Below are positions 42,725 through 53,320 of a DNA stretch of 64,000 nt, one piece after another. Every line of letters starts with the position of its first letter. Positions within the stretch are counted from its first letter, which is position 1. The notes below the pieces were generated by a model. That model was not told the DNA's origin, made no database searches, and saw only the letters and a program-made list of their open reading frames with translations. Made by a program: the position numbers and the translations under genes. The stretch is from Bacillota bacterium (lineage in GTDB: Bacteria > Bacillota > Ch66 > Ch109), in assembly GCA_050952625.1 (NCBI GenBank), contig JBMNLH010000001.1, forward strand, positions 480,001 through 544,000, given 5' to 3'.

Positions 42725-44116
42725 ATGAGGCTTAATGATTTGAGTCTAAAAGATCATTGGCTCAAACGGAATTGGCCCGCTTTTGTCTTAACGATAATTC
42801 TGCTGGGTACGTTCGTTTGGGGACTCACACAGTATCGGGCGAAAACTCAGTTAAATACTTTTGTGGAGAACAGTTATCAACGTTCTTTTTACGAAATGAT
42901 CCAGAACGTCGAAAACGTGGAGGTTCTGCTGGCGAAAGGGCTGGTCTCGAATTCGCCTCGCCAAAATATCGTCTTGTTTTCGAATGTTTGGCGGGAGGCA
43001 TATTCCGCTCAAGAAAAGCTAAGCCAGTTACCTATTGCCCATGAATTAATTGAGCGGACTTCTAAGTTTTTGAATCAGATCGGTGATTTTAGTTTTACAC
43101 TGGCCCGTCAGATTGCGGATAAGCAAGACCTTTCCGCGGAACAGCGCAATAGTCTGCAGAGTTTGCAAAAAGAGGCGGATTTTTTGTCCACCGAGCTTCA
43201 TGCCTTGCGGAACAGTATCGGAACCAATCAATTTGCCTGGGCCGATATGCGCCAAACCGGGACCGCCAAGTTTCGTGAAGTGGCCCCGCAGCTATCTGAA
43301 GTTAGTTTTCAAAAGATAAATACCCAAATAGAGGGAACACCAACTTTAATCTACGATGGCCCTTTCTCTGATCATATTAATCAGATGAAACCGCTGGGCG
43401 TTACCGGCGAGGCAATTTCAGCTGAAGAAGCGGCGCGAATTGCCATGGAAAAAGCCGATCTCTTGCCCAATGTTCAATATACTCCGACTCAGATGGGAAC
43501 CGGGGAAGGAACTATCCCCATCTACCGGATTCATATTACCCCATCTCAGGGACAGACTCAGGACCAAATTATTATGGATATTAGCCAAACCGGGGGTCAT
43601 GTCGTTACTTACCTGAATTCTCGGCCTGTGGAGGGAGTCGGCTTAAATGGGGTTCAGGCTCAGGAAAAGGCAATCGATTACTTAAAGAAAAAGGGTTTTC
43701 CAGACCTTACGGTTACCTATGCGCAGGTGGATGATAGTTCGGCCACGATCGCTTTTGCCGGGGTGCTGGACGGAGTGATTCTTTATCCTGACCAAATCAA
43801 AGTTAAGGTGGCCTTGGATAATGGGCAGATCATCGGCGTGGATGCCCTGGGCTACCTGATGTCGCATCATCCACGCCAGTTAGTCAAACCCCGAGTGTCG
43901 GAAGATGAGGTACGGACCCAGGTGGCAGATCGCTTAAACATCGAACACGTTCGCCAGGCAATCATCCCCTTGGAGACTCGGCGGGAGGTTCAATGTTGGG
44001 AAGTAAAGGGTAATTGGCAGGAAGAAGACTTCTATCTTTACTATAATGTGCTTGATGGGAACGAAGAAAAGATCTTAAAGGTAATCAAGACGCCTCAGGG
44101 GCCGCTGACTGTATAG
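42725..44116 (+). CDS. ypeB: Germination protein YpeB
   Basis: ENSYQRSFY, PTLIYDGPFSDH, YPDQIKVKVALDNG. Confidence 0.93.
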   Translation: MRLNDLSLKDHWLKRNWPAFVLTIILLGTFVWGLTQYRAKTQLNTFVENSYQRSFYEMIQNVENVEVLLAKGLVSNSPRQNIVLFSNVWREAYSAQEKLSQLPIAHELIERTSKFLNQIGDFSFTLARQIADKQDLSAEQRNSLQSLQKEADFLSTELHALRNSIGTNQFAWADMRQTGTAKFREVAPQLSEVSFQKINTQIEGTPTLIYDGPFSDHINQMKPLGVTGEAISAEEAARIAMEKADLLPNVQYTPTQMGTGEGTIPIYRIHITPSQGQTQDQIIMDISQTGGHVVTYLNSRPVEGVGLNGVQAQEKAIDYLKKKGFPDLTVTYAQVDDSSATIAFAGVLDGVILYPDQIKVKVALDNGQIIGVDALGYLMSHHPRQLVKPRVSEDEVRTQVADRLNIEHVRQAIIPLETRREVQCWEVKGNWQEEDFYLYYNVLDGNEEKILKVIKTPQGPLTV

Positions 44117-44151
44117 TCAGCTTATGGAAGCGGTTTTAGTGGCAGAAAAGG

Positions 44152-44214
44152 AGTGAGCTCGTCCAGCTTCGCTGAACATCGCAGCTTCAGGTAGAGAATC
44201 TACTCCACCTGAAG
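44152..44214 (+). repeat. Dispersed palindromic repeat family A
   Basis: AGTGAGCTCGTCCAGCTTCGCTGAACATCGCAGCTTCAGGTAGAG...CTCCACCTGAAG. Confidence 0.7.
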
Positions 44215-44327
44215 TTGTTTGTGTATTGTGCATTTGTGTATCTGTGTATCTGTTTGCGCGGAAGGAATCTCATGTGTTAAGATTGAAATAATTTACTGGC
44301 ATATTTTACATATAAGGGCGTGATGTT

Positions 44328-44798
44328 GTGCTTGGACCAAACCGGGAAGTCGAGATTTATACAGATGGTGCCTGTTCTGGCAATCCTGGGCCAGGGGGCT
44401 GGGCCGCGGTCCTGATCTACGGAGAAAAGAAGCGGGAAATTTCGGGCTATAGCGAGTATACAACTAATCAGCGAATGGAGCTCCAGGCCGCTATTGAAGG
44501 GCTCAAAGCCCTAAAGTATTCCTGTCAAGTAAAATTGTACAGCGATAGTGCCTATCTAATTAATGCTTTTACTAAAAACTGGCTTTTAAAGTGGCAGCAA
44601 AATGGGTGGCTTAACGTAAAAAAAGAGCCGGTAGAGAACCAGGATCAGTGGCAGATCCTGCTCGAACTAGCTCGTAAACATGAGGTTAATTGGATTAAGG
44701 TCCAGGGTCACGCAGATAATGAATATAACAATCGGTGTGATCAATTAGCCCGGTCTGCCATCGAGGCTAAGGCCGGGGTAGATCAGCGAAACGACTGA
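44328..44798 (+). CDS. rnhA: Ribonuclease HI
   Basis: YTDGACSGNPGPGGW, TTNQRMEL, KVQGHAD, NNRCDQLA. Confidence 0.95.
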   Translation: MLGPNREVEIYTDGACSGNPGPGGWAAVLIYGEKKREISGYSEYTTNQRMELQAAIEGLKALKYSCQVKLYSDSAYLINAFTKNWLLKWQQNGWLNVKKEPVENQDQWQILLELARKHEVNWIKVQGHADNEYNNRCDQLARSAIEAKAGVDQRND

Positions 44799-44804
44799 GA
44801 TCAT

Positions 44805-45554
44805 CTAGCGGCTCCATTCGCCCATGGTCAATAATTCGGAAACAGTTACAAAACGATAGCCTTGTTCCTTTAGACCATTAATAATGGTGGGCAGGGCATC
44901 AACGGTCTGTTTACAGGTGTCGCTAGCGTGCATTAAGATAATATCGCCTGGATGAGCTCTGGCCAGCACACGTTTCGTAATTGCCTCAATTCCGGGATTT
45001 TTCCAGTCCAGAGAATCAGTCCCCCATTGGATAACTTGATAACCGCACTCATTCGCCGCCATAATGACGTGATCGGCATAGTCCCCATTCGGCGTACGGA
45101 TTAGTTTTGGAGAAGTACCGGTCACTTCCTGCAGGATATTATGCGCCTGCATTATTTCTTGTTTGATTTCATCTGGCTGGAGTGTACTCAAGTTGATGTG
45201 CCGTTGGCCATGGCTGGCTACCTCATGACCATTGTCAGCGATCCGGCGCGGAATCTCCGGGTACTTTTGGGCCCAGGGACCGGACAAAAAGAAGGTTGCT
45301 TTTACTTGGTTTTCTTCCAAGATATCCAGGACCGGTGTGGGCGTCTGAGTTCCCCAGCTAATATCAAAGGTCAGGGCTAAAACCTTTTCGCTGGTTTTTA
45401 CTTCGTAGATGGGCTTAATGCGGCTGGTTGCCTGGACATAGACAATGCTGGCACTTATTACGATCAAGGATAGACTTAGAGCAATGATCAATTTAGCCCG
45501 AGTGGATAGGGGATAGAAACAGAGGACTTTCACCAAAGGAACCTCCTTTTGCAT
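44805..45554 (-). CDS. pdaB: Sporulation polysaccharide deacetylase PdaB-like
   Basis: ALTFDISWG, DSLDWKNPG, ILMHASD. Confidence 0.85.
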   Translation of the reverse strand: MQKEVPLVKVLCFYPLSTRAKLIIALSLSLIVISASIVYVQATSRIKPIYEVKTSEKVLALTFDISWGTQTPTPVLDILEENQVKATFFLSGPWAQKYPEIPRRIADNGHEVASHGQRHINLSTLQPDEIKQEIMQAHNILQEVTGTSPKLIRTPNGDYADHVIMAANECGYQVIQWGTDSLDWKNPGIEAITKRVLARAHPGDIILMHASDTCKQTVDALPTIINGLKEQGYRFVTVSELLTMGEWSR

Positions 45555-45847
45555 TGTAAATACAACTATTAAATACTATTTTTGGAGAAGGTCGGTTATG
45601 ATTTTGATTTAGTGTAAATAATTGGGAAATAATAATCATAATCGGCCTAACGATTACTGTTGACTTTTTATTCGGTAGCGTTATAATAATTAATGCATTT
45701 AGTTGTTGTCTGTAACGTTAGATCGGTCAGCATTGATTACTTGATTGGCAGATATTTACGAAGTTATGCTTAAATACGAAGTTATAGTTAAATAAAGTTG
45801 CTAAAGCGAAAACCTTATGTTAAAATGATGATCAGATAAGAAAGAGT

Positions 45848-45922
45848 GGGCCGTTAGCTCAGTGGGAGAGCACTTCCTTGACGCGGAAGGGGCCGCTAGT
45901 TCAATCCTAGCACGGCCCACCA
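45848..45922 (+). tRNA. tRNA-Val(GAC)
   Basis: GGGCCGTTAGCTCAG...TTGACGC...ACCA cloverleaf. Confidence 0.93.
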
Positions 45923-46065
45923 TGAAAAAACGCCAGTTAATAAACTGGCTTTCTTTAATTTAAAGAACCCTTGCTTTTACAAGTAAGGGTTAAATTCATT
46001 CTAGTTATAGTGGAGTTTAGCCTCAGTCTAAAACCTAGTATCCAGTCAACTGAACAGGTGTTGAT

Positions 46066-46238
46066 TGCGCAGTGTTTTATGTAGGTCAGCAATTGACGAT
46101 CTGCATCTAAGAACGGAACGAAGACGGCTGAGGGTAAGCAGGCATCACTATTCAAGCCTGAAGGAAAGTTTGATGCCTGCTTGAAGCACTCGAGGTTCGT
46201 TCCCAGCCTAGTCTGCTGACCGAGTAAAACACAAGCGT
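46066..46238. other. ~170-nt nested inverted-repeat (rod-like) element
   Basis: GTGTTTTA/TAAAACAC, GGTCAGCA/TGCTGACC, GGAACGAA/TTCGTTCC and AAGCAGGCATCA/TGATGCCTGCTT pair in nested order. Confidence 0.65.
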
Positions 46239-46267
46239 AGATTAATTTTCAAATTGCAATTAAACGC

Positions 46268-46384
46268 TTAACAACGCCGGCATCCAAAGCCTCCAAAAAT
46301 GAAGATGAAGAAAATGATTATGATTATCCACCAAAAACTCCGGCCACCACCCAACAAATCAACGTCCGAATAGCCTCTATTCAT
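46268..46384 (-). CDS. 38-aa membrane peptide (MNRGYSDVDLLGGGRSFWWIIIIIFFIFIFGGFGCRRC), YjcZ-like sporulation peptide type
   Basis: AAGGAGGA RBS; Gly-rich flanks around one TM helix. Confidence 0.65.
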   Translation of the reverse strand: MNRGYSDVDLLGGGRSFWWIIIIIFFIFIFGGFGCRRC

Positions 46385-46702
46385 TGCTTTATCCTCCTTT
46401 CACAATTATCTGTTTAACCATTTACTTATTTCAATTCATTTTATTCGGTTACCAGATAAATGGTGAAACCCCGAAGACAGGAAAATAAGCCAGTTAACTA
46501 ATTTAATAGAATAATTTGTTAGATATTAATTAATAATTTAAGAAAAAAAGGAAATTCTAATAATCCGGGCTATTCATCATTCACTTGAAATACGGGAAAA
46601 AGAAAAAATGGTGTTACAAAATTAGTCAAAATACCCCTTGAGTTATCGGTTGTTGCGCTATAGAATTATACATCATAATTTATCAGGAGGTTTGATGGGT
46701 CT

Positions 46703-46849
46703 ATGAATAAGGAATTGATTGAGGAGATTTTGAATACGGTAGGACTTGAGTCTGATAATTTTGAAAATGAGTTAAATTCTGGGACACAGGAAGCTTTGTT
46801 AAACCGAATGCCGGAGAGATCTCGTTCTTCTGGACTAACTCTTAAATAG
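46703..46849 (+). CDS. 48-aa hypothetical protein
   Basis: TTGAGT-N17-TAGAAT promoter (46638-46666) and AGGAGG, though spacing to ATG is long (12 nt). Confidence 0.4.
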   Translation: MNKELIEEILNTVGLESDNFENELNSGTQEALLNRMPERSRSSGLTLK

Positions 46850-47014
46850 TTTCATTTTATTTGTTTCCAAAACTATTAGATAGTATCGGATCAGGTTGTT
46901 GCTTGGTCTGATGCTAATTTTGGAGTAGGAGACGCGAGTATATGTGCTTAACCGGGTACATAAAATAAATATTAGATCGCGAAAGTATTAAAGGCCGAAA
47001 GGGGGTTTCGTACG

Positions 47015-47941
47015 GTGAATCCGACTGTCTCCGTAGGAGCCACCAAGAACGTTGATGTCCTCCGTGATCGGCTCTATTCAGGCTCACAGAACCTCCAGAA
47101 GCGAGGAGTTAAGCTGGTTCTCAGTACCCGGGAAGCTGGCAATATTACTTTCTTGGGCTGTAACTTGATTCCGCTGGATCGAGTTACCAAAACGGCTGAA
47201 CCTCAGGCCTTGATTTTACGTCAGTATTTGGCGAGAACTGTAGCTGAGCTTATCACTACCGATTGGGAAAAAATTTTATTAAGTAAAATGATTGACCATC
47301 AGAAGGATCTCTTTACCCCGGTCGAACGGAAGCAGATTCTGGAAAGAGCAGAACGTTTTTTAGAGTTGACTGATGGAATCGCGGGTTTTGGCACCAGTGA
47401 AAAAGCCGGATCGTCCAAGGGTAATTCCAATCGGCGGAACCTGATTCGACAAGCGGTGCTAGAGTATCTTGAAGCCAATGATGAGTTGGTGATAGATGGT
47501 TTTTTGCGTTTCCGCCTGAAGCATTATCTTGATCAGTTAAGTCAGGCCGTCGATTCAGCGATTGATGAATTGATGATGGAGAGGGAATACCAGGAGTTTA
47601 TCCGCCTCTTAAGATATTTTGTGGAAATCCAGGAACCGCGGGCTAACCAGGTCCACGTCGTTATGCGCCCCACTGGAATTTTTCACATCTACGACTCTCA
47701 TGGGCACCCGGTGGAACATGATTATCTGAATGGTTTCTTGCTGGACGTCGTGGAGACCGATTTAAACTACGAAGACCTGTTAATCAGTGCCTTGATCACA
47801 ATTGCCCCCCAGCAGATAACTATCCACCTAGCCGAAGCAAGCCAAATCGGCGAATCGGTAGAGACTATTCAAGAAGTTTTTGATGGTCGGGTAATTGTTT
47901 GCCCGGGTTGCGAGCACTGCCTTCGGTATAATAAATTATAG
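47015..47941 (+). CDS. ytxC: Sporulation protein YtxC
   Basis: IDGFLRFRL, EREYQEFIRLLRYFV, DLLISALITIAP, CPGCEHC; usual neighbour of thrS. Confidence 0.9.
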   Translation: MNPTVSVGATKNVDVLRDRLYSGSQNLQKRGVKLVLSTREAGNITFLGCNLIPLDRVTKTAEPQALILRQYLARTVAELITTDWEKILLSKMIDHQKDLFTPVERKQILERAERFLELTDGIAGFGTSEKAGSSKGNSNRRNLIRQAVLEYLEANDELVIDGFLRFRLKHYLDQLSQAVDSAIDELMMEREYQEFIRLLRYFVEIQEPRANQVHVVMRPTGIFHIYDSHGHPVEHDYLNGFLLDVVETDLNYEDLLISALITIAPQQITIHLAEASQIGESVETIQEVFDGRVIVCPGCEHCLRYNKL

Positions 47942-48134
47942 ACTGTTAAAAATCTTCATTCACAGTCGACAGTCGAAAAACGTTTATAAGATTATTGAAA
48001 AACCGGTGAGGTGCCGGTTTTTCTTTGTTCCTAAAGATATGATTTTCCGTTTTGCTTGCCCGGGTTAACTGGTAGCGTTACAATTAAGGTGTTTCGACAT
48101 ATTTTTGTTAATAACCGGGCTAGGTTTTTAGTTA

Positions 48135-48770
48135 TTGGTAACGAAAGAAGGTAAAACCGTGGTTGGTCAAGTTTTTCAAATTATACTGATCCCAGTTATT
48201 GGGGCAATAATTGGTTGGGTTACCAACGTTTTGGCTATTCGCCTTCTTTTTTATCCGCGTCAGCCTTTTCGTCTCCCGGTAGTTGGTTACGAGGTGCAAG
48301 GGCTGATCCCCAAACGTCGTTTGGATTTAGCCCGGGATATTGGGCGAGTGGTTGAAAAAGAACTTCTCTCATTGGACGATGTCTTAACCCGGATCAATAC
48401 CCCGGAAATCCAACTGCGGATAGCTGATACGGCAAGTAAACAGGTGGTTAGTCAAGTAAAAGGAAAAATCCCTAATTATATACCTCGCAGCGTTGTTCGG
48501 TTAATCGAGGAAGGGGTTTACTCCTGGTTGCTTAAAGAATTCCCATCTCTCTATGAGAAAACAATTTATCAAGTATCTGGGCAGGTTAAAGAGGAGATCA
48601 AAGTAGCGGAAATAATCGAGCATAAGCTGCACCAGTTTGAGTTGGAAAAATTTGAAGAATTGGTTAATGGAGTGGCGTCTCGGGAATTCCGCCATATCGA
48701 GTGGGTGGGAGCGATCTTAGGTTTCTTTATTGGCCTGGTTCAGGTCGGGGTATTTTATGTTTTTCAGTAG
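48135..48770 (+). CDS. DUF445/YheB-like membrane protein
   Basis: IGAIIGWVTNVLAIRLLFYP, QGLIPKRR, IEWVGAILGFFIG. Confidence 0.85.
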   Translation: MVTKEGKTVVGQVFQIILIPVIGAIIGWVTNVLAIRLLFYPRQPFRLPVVGYEVQGLIPKRRLDLARDIGRVVEKELLSLDDVLTRINTPEIQLRIADTASKQVVSQVKGKIPNYIPRSVVRLIEEGVYSWLLKEFPSLYEKTIYQVSGQVKEEIKVAEIIEHKLHQFELEKFEELVNGVASREFRHIEWVGAILGFFIGLVQVGVFYVFQ

Positions 48771-48787
48771 GAAAGGAGCATTGTAAC

Positions 48788-50704
48788 ATGGAAACAATTA
48801 AAGTATCACTAAAAGACGGATCAGTGAGAGAGTATCCGGTCGGGACGACTATCGGCCAGGTGGCGGAGAGCATTAGCCGGGGCTTGGCATCTAGGGCTCT
48901 AGTGGGTAAATTTAATGAACAGATTAAGGATTTAAGCCACCCCTTAATGGAAGATGGTCGACTGGATATCCTGACTTTTGATCAGGAAGAAGGTCGTGAG
49001 GTTTACCGGCACAGCTCTGCCCATATTTTGGCTCAAGCCGTGCAGAAGCTTTTCCCGGGTACCCGCTTGGGGATCGGGCCGGCGATTGAAAATGGTTTTT
49101 ATTATGATTTTGACTGTCTTCAATCGTTTACGCCCCAGGATCTGGAACGAATTGAGAAAGAGATGGCGGCCATTGTTAAGGCGGACCATCCCTTTGTGCG
49201 GCAAGAGGTGAGTCGGGAGGAAGCGATCCGCATCTTTACCGAACGGGGAGAAAACTACAAGGTTGAGCTGATCAACGATCTACCGGAGGACGCAACCATC
49301 ACCCTGTATCAACAGGGAGAGTTTCTCGACCTGTGTGCTGGCCCCCATGTCTCTTCGACTGGAAAAATTAGGGCCCTGAAGTTAATGAGCTTGGCCGGGG
49401 CTTACTGGCGGGGCAGTGAAAAAAATAAAATGCTGCAGCGGATTTACGGAACCTCTTTTGCTAAAAAAGCAGACCTCGATGAATACCTGTTCCAGTTGGA
49501 AGAAGCCAAACGCCGGGATCACCGGAAACTGGGGGCTGAGCTTGGCCTATTTGCCATCCTCGAAGAGGGACCCGGTTTTCCTTTTTTCTTACCCAAAGGA
49601 ATGATCCTCCGCAATCAATTGGAAAGTTACTGGCGGGAACTACACCAGTGCTGGGGTTACCAGGAGATCCGAACTCCGATTATTTTGCGCCGGGAAATGT
49701 GGGAACAGTCTGGCCACTGGGATCATTATAAAGAGAACATGTATTTCACGAAGATTGATGAAGATGATTTTGCCGTTAAGCCTATGAATTGCCCGGGGGC
49801 GATCCTGGTCTACCGGACCCAACTCCACAGCTATCGGGAGTTTCCGCTGCGCTTAGCAGAAATGGGCCTAGTCCACCGGCATGAAAAATCCGGGGTCTTG
49901 CACGGGTTGATGCGAGTCAGAGCCTTTACCCAGGATGATGCGCATATTTTTTGCTTAACCTCTCAGATCACTCAGGAGATTAAAGGGGTAATCGATTTGG
50001 TTGATGAGGTTTACCGGCTGTTCGGATTTTCCTACCATGTTGAACTGTCGACTCGGCCCGAGAAGTCAATGGGGTCACCAGAGATTTGGGAACAAGCGAC
50101 CAATGCCTTGCGCATAGCTATGGAAGAAAAAGGGATGGAGTATAAGGTAAATGAGGGTGATGGGGCTTTTTATGGGCCAAAGATTGACTTTCACCTGCGT
50201 GACTCCATCGGCCGAACCTGGCAGTGCGGGACGATCCAACTTGATTTCCAGATGCCGGAGAAATTTGATCTCACTTACATTGGCGAAGATGGGCAACGGC
50301 ACCGTCCAGTGATGATTCACCGGGTGGCTTTTGGGAGCATCGAACGGTTTATTGGGATTTTGATCGAACACTATGCCGGGGCTTTTCCGACCTGGTTGGC
50401 TCCGGTACAAGCTCGGGTTATTCCGATTACTGAACGGCACCATGAATATGCCCGGACCGTGGGTGCTAATCTGGCTGCGCAGGGTTTCCGAGTGGACATT
50501 GATGACCGCAGTGAGAAGGTTGGCTACAAAATCAGAGAAGGACAATTGGCCAAGATCCCGTATCTTCTAGTGGTAGGCGATAAGGAGCAGGAAAATAGTC
50601 AAGTAGCGGTTCGAGATCGGGCTAAGGGTGATCTGGGAGCAATGCCGTTAACCACTTTTGCCGCTCAATTGCAGGCGGAAAGTACTTGGAACAGCCGGGC
50701 ATAG
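48788..50704 (+). CDS. thrS: Threonyl-tRNA synthetase
   Basis: RHSSAH, DLCAGPH, RDHRKLG, KPMNCP, FYGPKID, GSIERF; ATG 48788 after AAGGAG. Confidence 0.97.
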   Translation: METIKVSLKDGSVREYPVGTTIGQVAESISRGLASRALVGKFNEQIKDLSHPLMEDGRLDILTFDQEEGREVYRHSSAHILAQAVQKLFPGTRLGIGPAIENGFYYDFDCLQSFTPQDLERIEKEMAAIVKADHPFVRQEVSREEAIRIFTERGENYKVELINDLPEDATITLYQQGEFLDLCAGPHVSSTGKIRALKLMSLAGAYWRGSEKNKMLQRIYGTSFAKKADLDEYLFQLEEAKRRDHRKLGAELGLFAILEEGPGFPFFLPKGMILRNQLESYWRELHQCWGYQEIRTPIILRREMWEQSGHWDHYKENMYFTKIDEDDFAVKPMNCPGAILVYRTQLHSYREFPLRLAEMGLVHRHEKSGVLHGLMRVRAFTQDDAHIFCLTSQITQEIKGVIDLVDEVYRLFGFSYHVELSTRPEKSMGSPEIWEQATNALRIAMEEKGMEYKVNEGDGAFYGPKIDFHLRDSIGRTWQCGTIQLDFQMPEKFDLTYIGEDGQRHRPVMIHRVAFGSIERFIGILIEHYAGAFPTWLAPVQARVIPITERHHEYARTVGANLAAQGFRVDIDDRSEKVGYKIREGQLAKIPYLLVVGDKEQENSQVAVRDRAKGDLGAMPLTTFAAQLQAESTWNSRA

Positions 50705-50753
50705 TAAACATAGTGGCATGGATACCGCTAAGCAGCACCGTGCAAATTATCAA

Positions 50754-50863
50754 TTTTATTTAAAGTAGTCGCGCCTCTTTCCTGTTGGGCAGTTTCTGCG
50801 GTGCTAAAGTTCTACTTCTATTTCACGCAGTTCTTTCCTGTAGGCTTAGATACGGTGCTCCTT
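50754..50863 (-). repeat. Single inverted copy of the 107-bp repeat unit (family B)
   Basis: Reverse complement matches the 56006-56561 unit with few differences. Confidence 0.9.
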
Positions 50864-50938
50864 TGTTGACCTCCGTTAAGACAATGCGCGATGTTCCTGT
50901 TTTCAGAGTAATAAGGGAATAAGCATACTGATTTAGCG

Positions 50939-50967
50939 TTGACATGACTTGCCTGGCCTGCTATAAT
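50939..50967 (+). promoter_or_regulatory. SigA promoter of the infC operon
   Basis: TTGACA-N17-TATAAT. Confidence 0.85.
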
Positions 50968-51004
50968 ATCTTTTGTTATAGATAATATAGGAGTCTTAAC
51001 GTTT

Positions 51005-51130
51005 AAGAAGAAGCCATCCGCTTCTCACCTTACGGTATCTCCAGGATTGCTGGTAAGGTTTTAGAATGTATTACTTTTTGATATGGAAGTAGTATCGTTT
51101 AGCGGGTGGAAAATTCTCCCGCTTTTTTAT
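51005..51130 (+). promoter_or_regulatory. L20 ribosomal protein leader
   Basis: AGAAGCCATCCGCTTCTCACCT...AGCGGGTG..CCCGCTTTTTT upstream of infC-rpmI-rplT. Confidence 0.8.
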
Positions 51131-51159
51131 TTTTAAATAATGGGTGGAGGTGGCGTCAC

Positions 51160-51672
51160 ATCAGCAAAGACCTGAGAATCAATGATGAGATTAGGGCCCG
51201 GGAGGTTCGCCTAGTCGGGGAAAATGGAGAGCAGTTAGGTATTTTTCCAGTTAGAGAGGCTTTGCGCGTTAGCCTGGAAAAGGGGTTGGACCTGGTAGAG
51301 GTTGCTCCAACGGCGAAGCCCCCGGTATGCCGGCTGATGGACTACGGGAAATTTCGGTATGAGCAATCAAAGCGTGATCGGGAAGCGCGGAAGAAGCAAA
51401 AAATCATTACTATTAAAGAGGTTAAGATCCGACCCAAAATTGAGAGCCATGACTTGGAAGTAAAGACGAAAAACGCGGAGCGTTTCTTGAAGGATGGGGA
51501 TAAAGTAAAAGTCACGGTAATGTTTAGAGGGCGCGAAATTACTCATCCGGCCTTGGGAAAACAGCTTTGTGAACAAATGGCCGAAATGTTAAGAGAAATA
51601 GCTAACGTTGAGAGAGAAGCCAAGCTTGAAGGACGCAATATGATCATGATCCTGTCTCCCAAGCATGAATGA
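51160..51672 (+). CDS. infC: Translation initiation factor IF-3, non-canonical ATC start
   Basis: GGAGGTG RBS then ATC AGC AAA; [23 protein letters not shown]. Confidence 0.95.
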   Translation: MSKDLRINDEIRAREVRLVGENGEQLGIFPVREALRVSLEKGLDLVEVAPTAKPPVCRLMDYGKFRYEQSKRDREARKKQKIITIKEVKIRPKIESHDLEVKTKNAERFLKDGDKVKVTVMFRGREITHPALGKQLCEQMAEMLREIANVEREAKLEGRNMIMILSPKHE

Positions 51673-51710
51673 ATATATATAAAATATTTTGGAAGAGAGG
51701 AGGAATTATC

Positions 51711-51908
51711 GTGCCCAAGATTAAGACACATAGAGGAGCTGCTAAGAGATTTAAGAAAACAGGTACTGGCAAGATAAAGCGAGCAAAGGCGTTTAAAAGC
51801 CATATTCTGGAAAAGAAAACAGCCAAGCGGAAGCGCAACTTACGGCAGGGTACCATGGTTAGTGCAGCTGATGCCCAACGAGTTGCTCGTTTAATTCCTT
51901 ATGCCTAG
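51711..51908 (+). CDS. rpmI: 50S ribosomal protein L35
   Basis: [13 protein letters not shown]; GTG start after AGGAGG. Confidence 0.97.
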   Translation: MPKIKTHRGAAKRFKKTGTGKIKRAKAFKSHILEKKTAKRKRNLRQGTMVSAADAQRVARLIPYA

Positions 51909-51941
51909 TTAATATTATTTGTTCTAAAGGAGGTACCGCCC

Positions 51942-52301
51942 ATGCCCAGGGTTAAAGGGGGCCCTATCACCCGCCACAGACGGAAAAAGGTGCTTAAATT
52001 AGCTCGCGGATACCGGGGGGCTAAATCCCGATGTTTTCGAATTGCTAGTCATCAAATACTTAAATCACTGAGCTATGCCTATGCCCACCGTAAGGAAAAG
52101 AAGGGTGATTTCCGTAAACTTTGGATTGCGCGGATTAACGCCGCAGCCAGAATGAATGGTCTGTCTTACAGCAGGTTAATGTTTGGCCTAAAACAGGCGG
52201 GAGTTGAGATAAACCGGAAGATGCTGGCTGATTTGGCGGTCAATGATCTGCCGGCCTTTGGTCGACTGGTAGATACAGCCAAACAGAAACTAAACAAATA
52301 G
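51942..52301 (+). CDS. rplT: 50S ribosomal protein L20
   Basis: [28 protein letters not shown]. Confidence 0.97.
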   Translation: MPRVKGGPITRHRRKKVLKLARGYRGAKSRCFRIASHQILKSLSYAYAHRKEKKGDFRKLWIARINAAARMNGLSYSRLMFGLKQAGVEINRKMLADLAVNDLPAFGRLVDTAKQKLNK

Positions 52302-52418
52302 AGTATTTAATTTTTAGTTTGAATGATACGATTAGATAGGAGTATGGTGATATTATAACCATGCTCCTTTTTATATAGGCACACGGGATGGTTTAACTGT
52401 CCCGGTCAAGGAAGAGGG

Positions 52419-53312
52419 TTGGAGAATTTGGAACAACGTATTACGTCACGGCATAATCCCCAGGTGAAATATGTCCGGGCCTTGAGTCAACGGAAATTTC
52501 GAGAGCAAGAGGGACGGTTTGTGATCGAAGGTGTCCGGCTACTCGAGGAAGCAGTCAGGGCAACCGCTAAAACGGCCGCAAAAGTATCAGCTAGAACAAC
52601 CGCCCAGTTTACTTTGGAAACAGTGTTTGTGTCTTCGGAACTGGTGCAAACTCAACGAATCTACAATTTGTTTAGAGAACTAAGAAAGATAGGGAGTGAG
52701 GTGTATACAGTCCCTCCGCGAGTCCTGGAAGTTATGGCGGATACCGTGAGTCCCCAGGGGATGGTTGGGGTTGTTCGGCGTGCCAAAACAAGTGAGACGG
52801 CGAATCGTTTAACAGAATTAACCCAGCAGCTTGGTCAGAGTAATGAGACACTGCCTCCGTTAGTTTTGGTGTTGGATCGAATCCAGGACCCGGGAAACTT
52901 GGGCACTTTGCTGCGAACGGCTGAAGCAGCGGGTGTTGCTGAGGTCTGGCTAACCCGTGGGACCGTCGATCCTTTTAGTGCGAAGGTTCTGCGTTCGACG
53001 ATGGGGTCAATTTTTCGCGTTCCTTTAACCACTGAAATTGATTATGTCCAGGTATTAGAGTTAAGCCAGGCCGGTCTTAAGTTAGTAGCGACAGAGGTCG
53101 GTGTCTCTAAACCCTATTATCAGGCCGACTTGGCGGTTCCGTTGGCGATCTTGCTGGGTAATGAGGGCAGTGGTTTAGATGAATCCCTTAAGTTGGCCAG
53201 TCAGGAAGTTGTGAATATCCCCCTCGCCGGTGAGGTTGAATCACTGAATGTGGCTGTTGCCGGAGCAATTCTGCTTTTTGAAGCGCGGCGGCAACGGTCA
53301 GCCAGATTCTAA
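52419..53312 (+). CDS. TrmH/SpoU-family RNA methyltransferase
   Basis: QDPGNLGTLLRTA, GNEGSG, ESLNVAVA. Confidence 0.92.
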   Translation: MENLEQRITSRHNPQVKYVRALSQRKFREQEGRFVIEGVRLLEEAVRATAKTAAKVSARTTAQFTLETVFVSSELVQTQRIYNLFRELRKIGSEVYTVPPRVLEVMADTVSPQGMVGVVRRAKTSETANRLTELTQQLGQSNETLPPLVLVLDRIQDPGNLGTLLRTAEAAGVAEVWLTRGTVDPFSAKVLRSTMGSIFRVPLTTEIDYVQVLELSQAGLKLVATEVGVSKPYYQADLAVPLAILLGNEGSGLDESLKLASQEVVNIPLAGEVESLNVAVAGAILLFEARRQRSARF

Positions 53313-53320
53313 TGAGCTTA

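Noticed and set aside
48701-48787. Extended thrS N-terminus (likewise the ORF-track starts of infC, rpmI, dndB, dndE and pdaD)
   Set aside because: Downstream starts have proper RBSs and match family N-termini.
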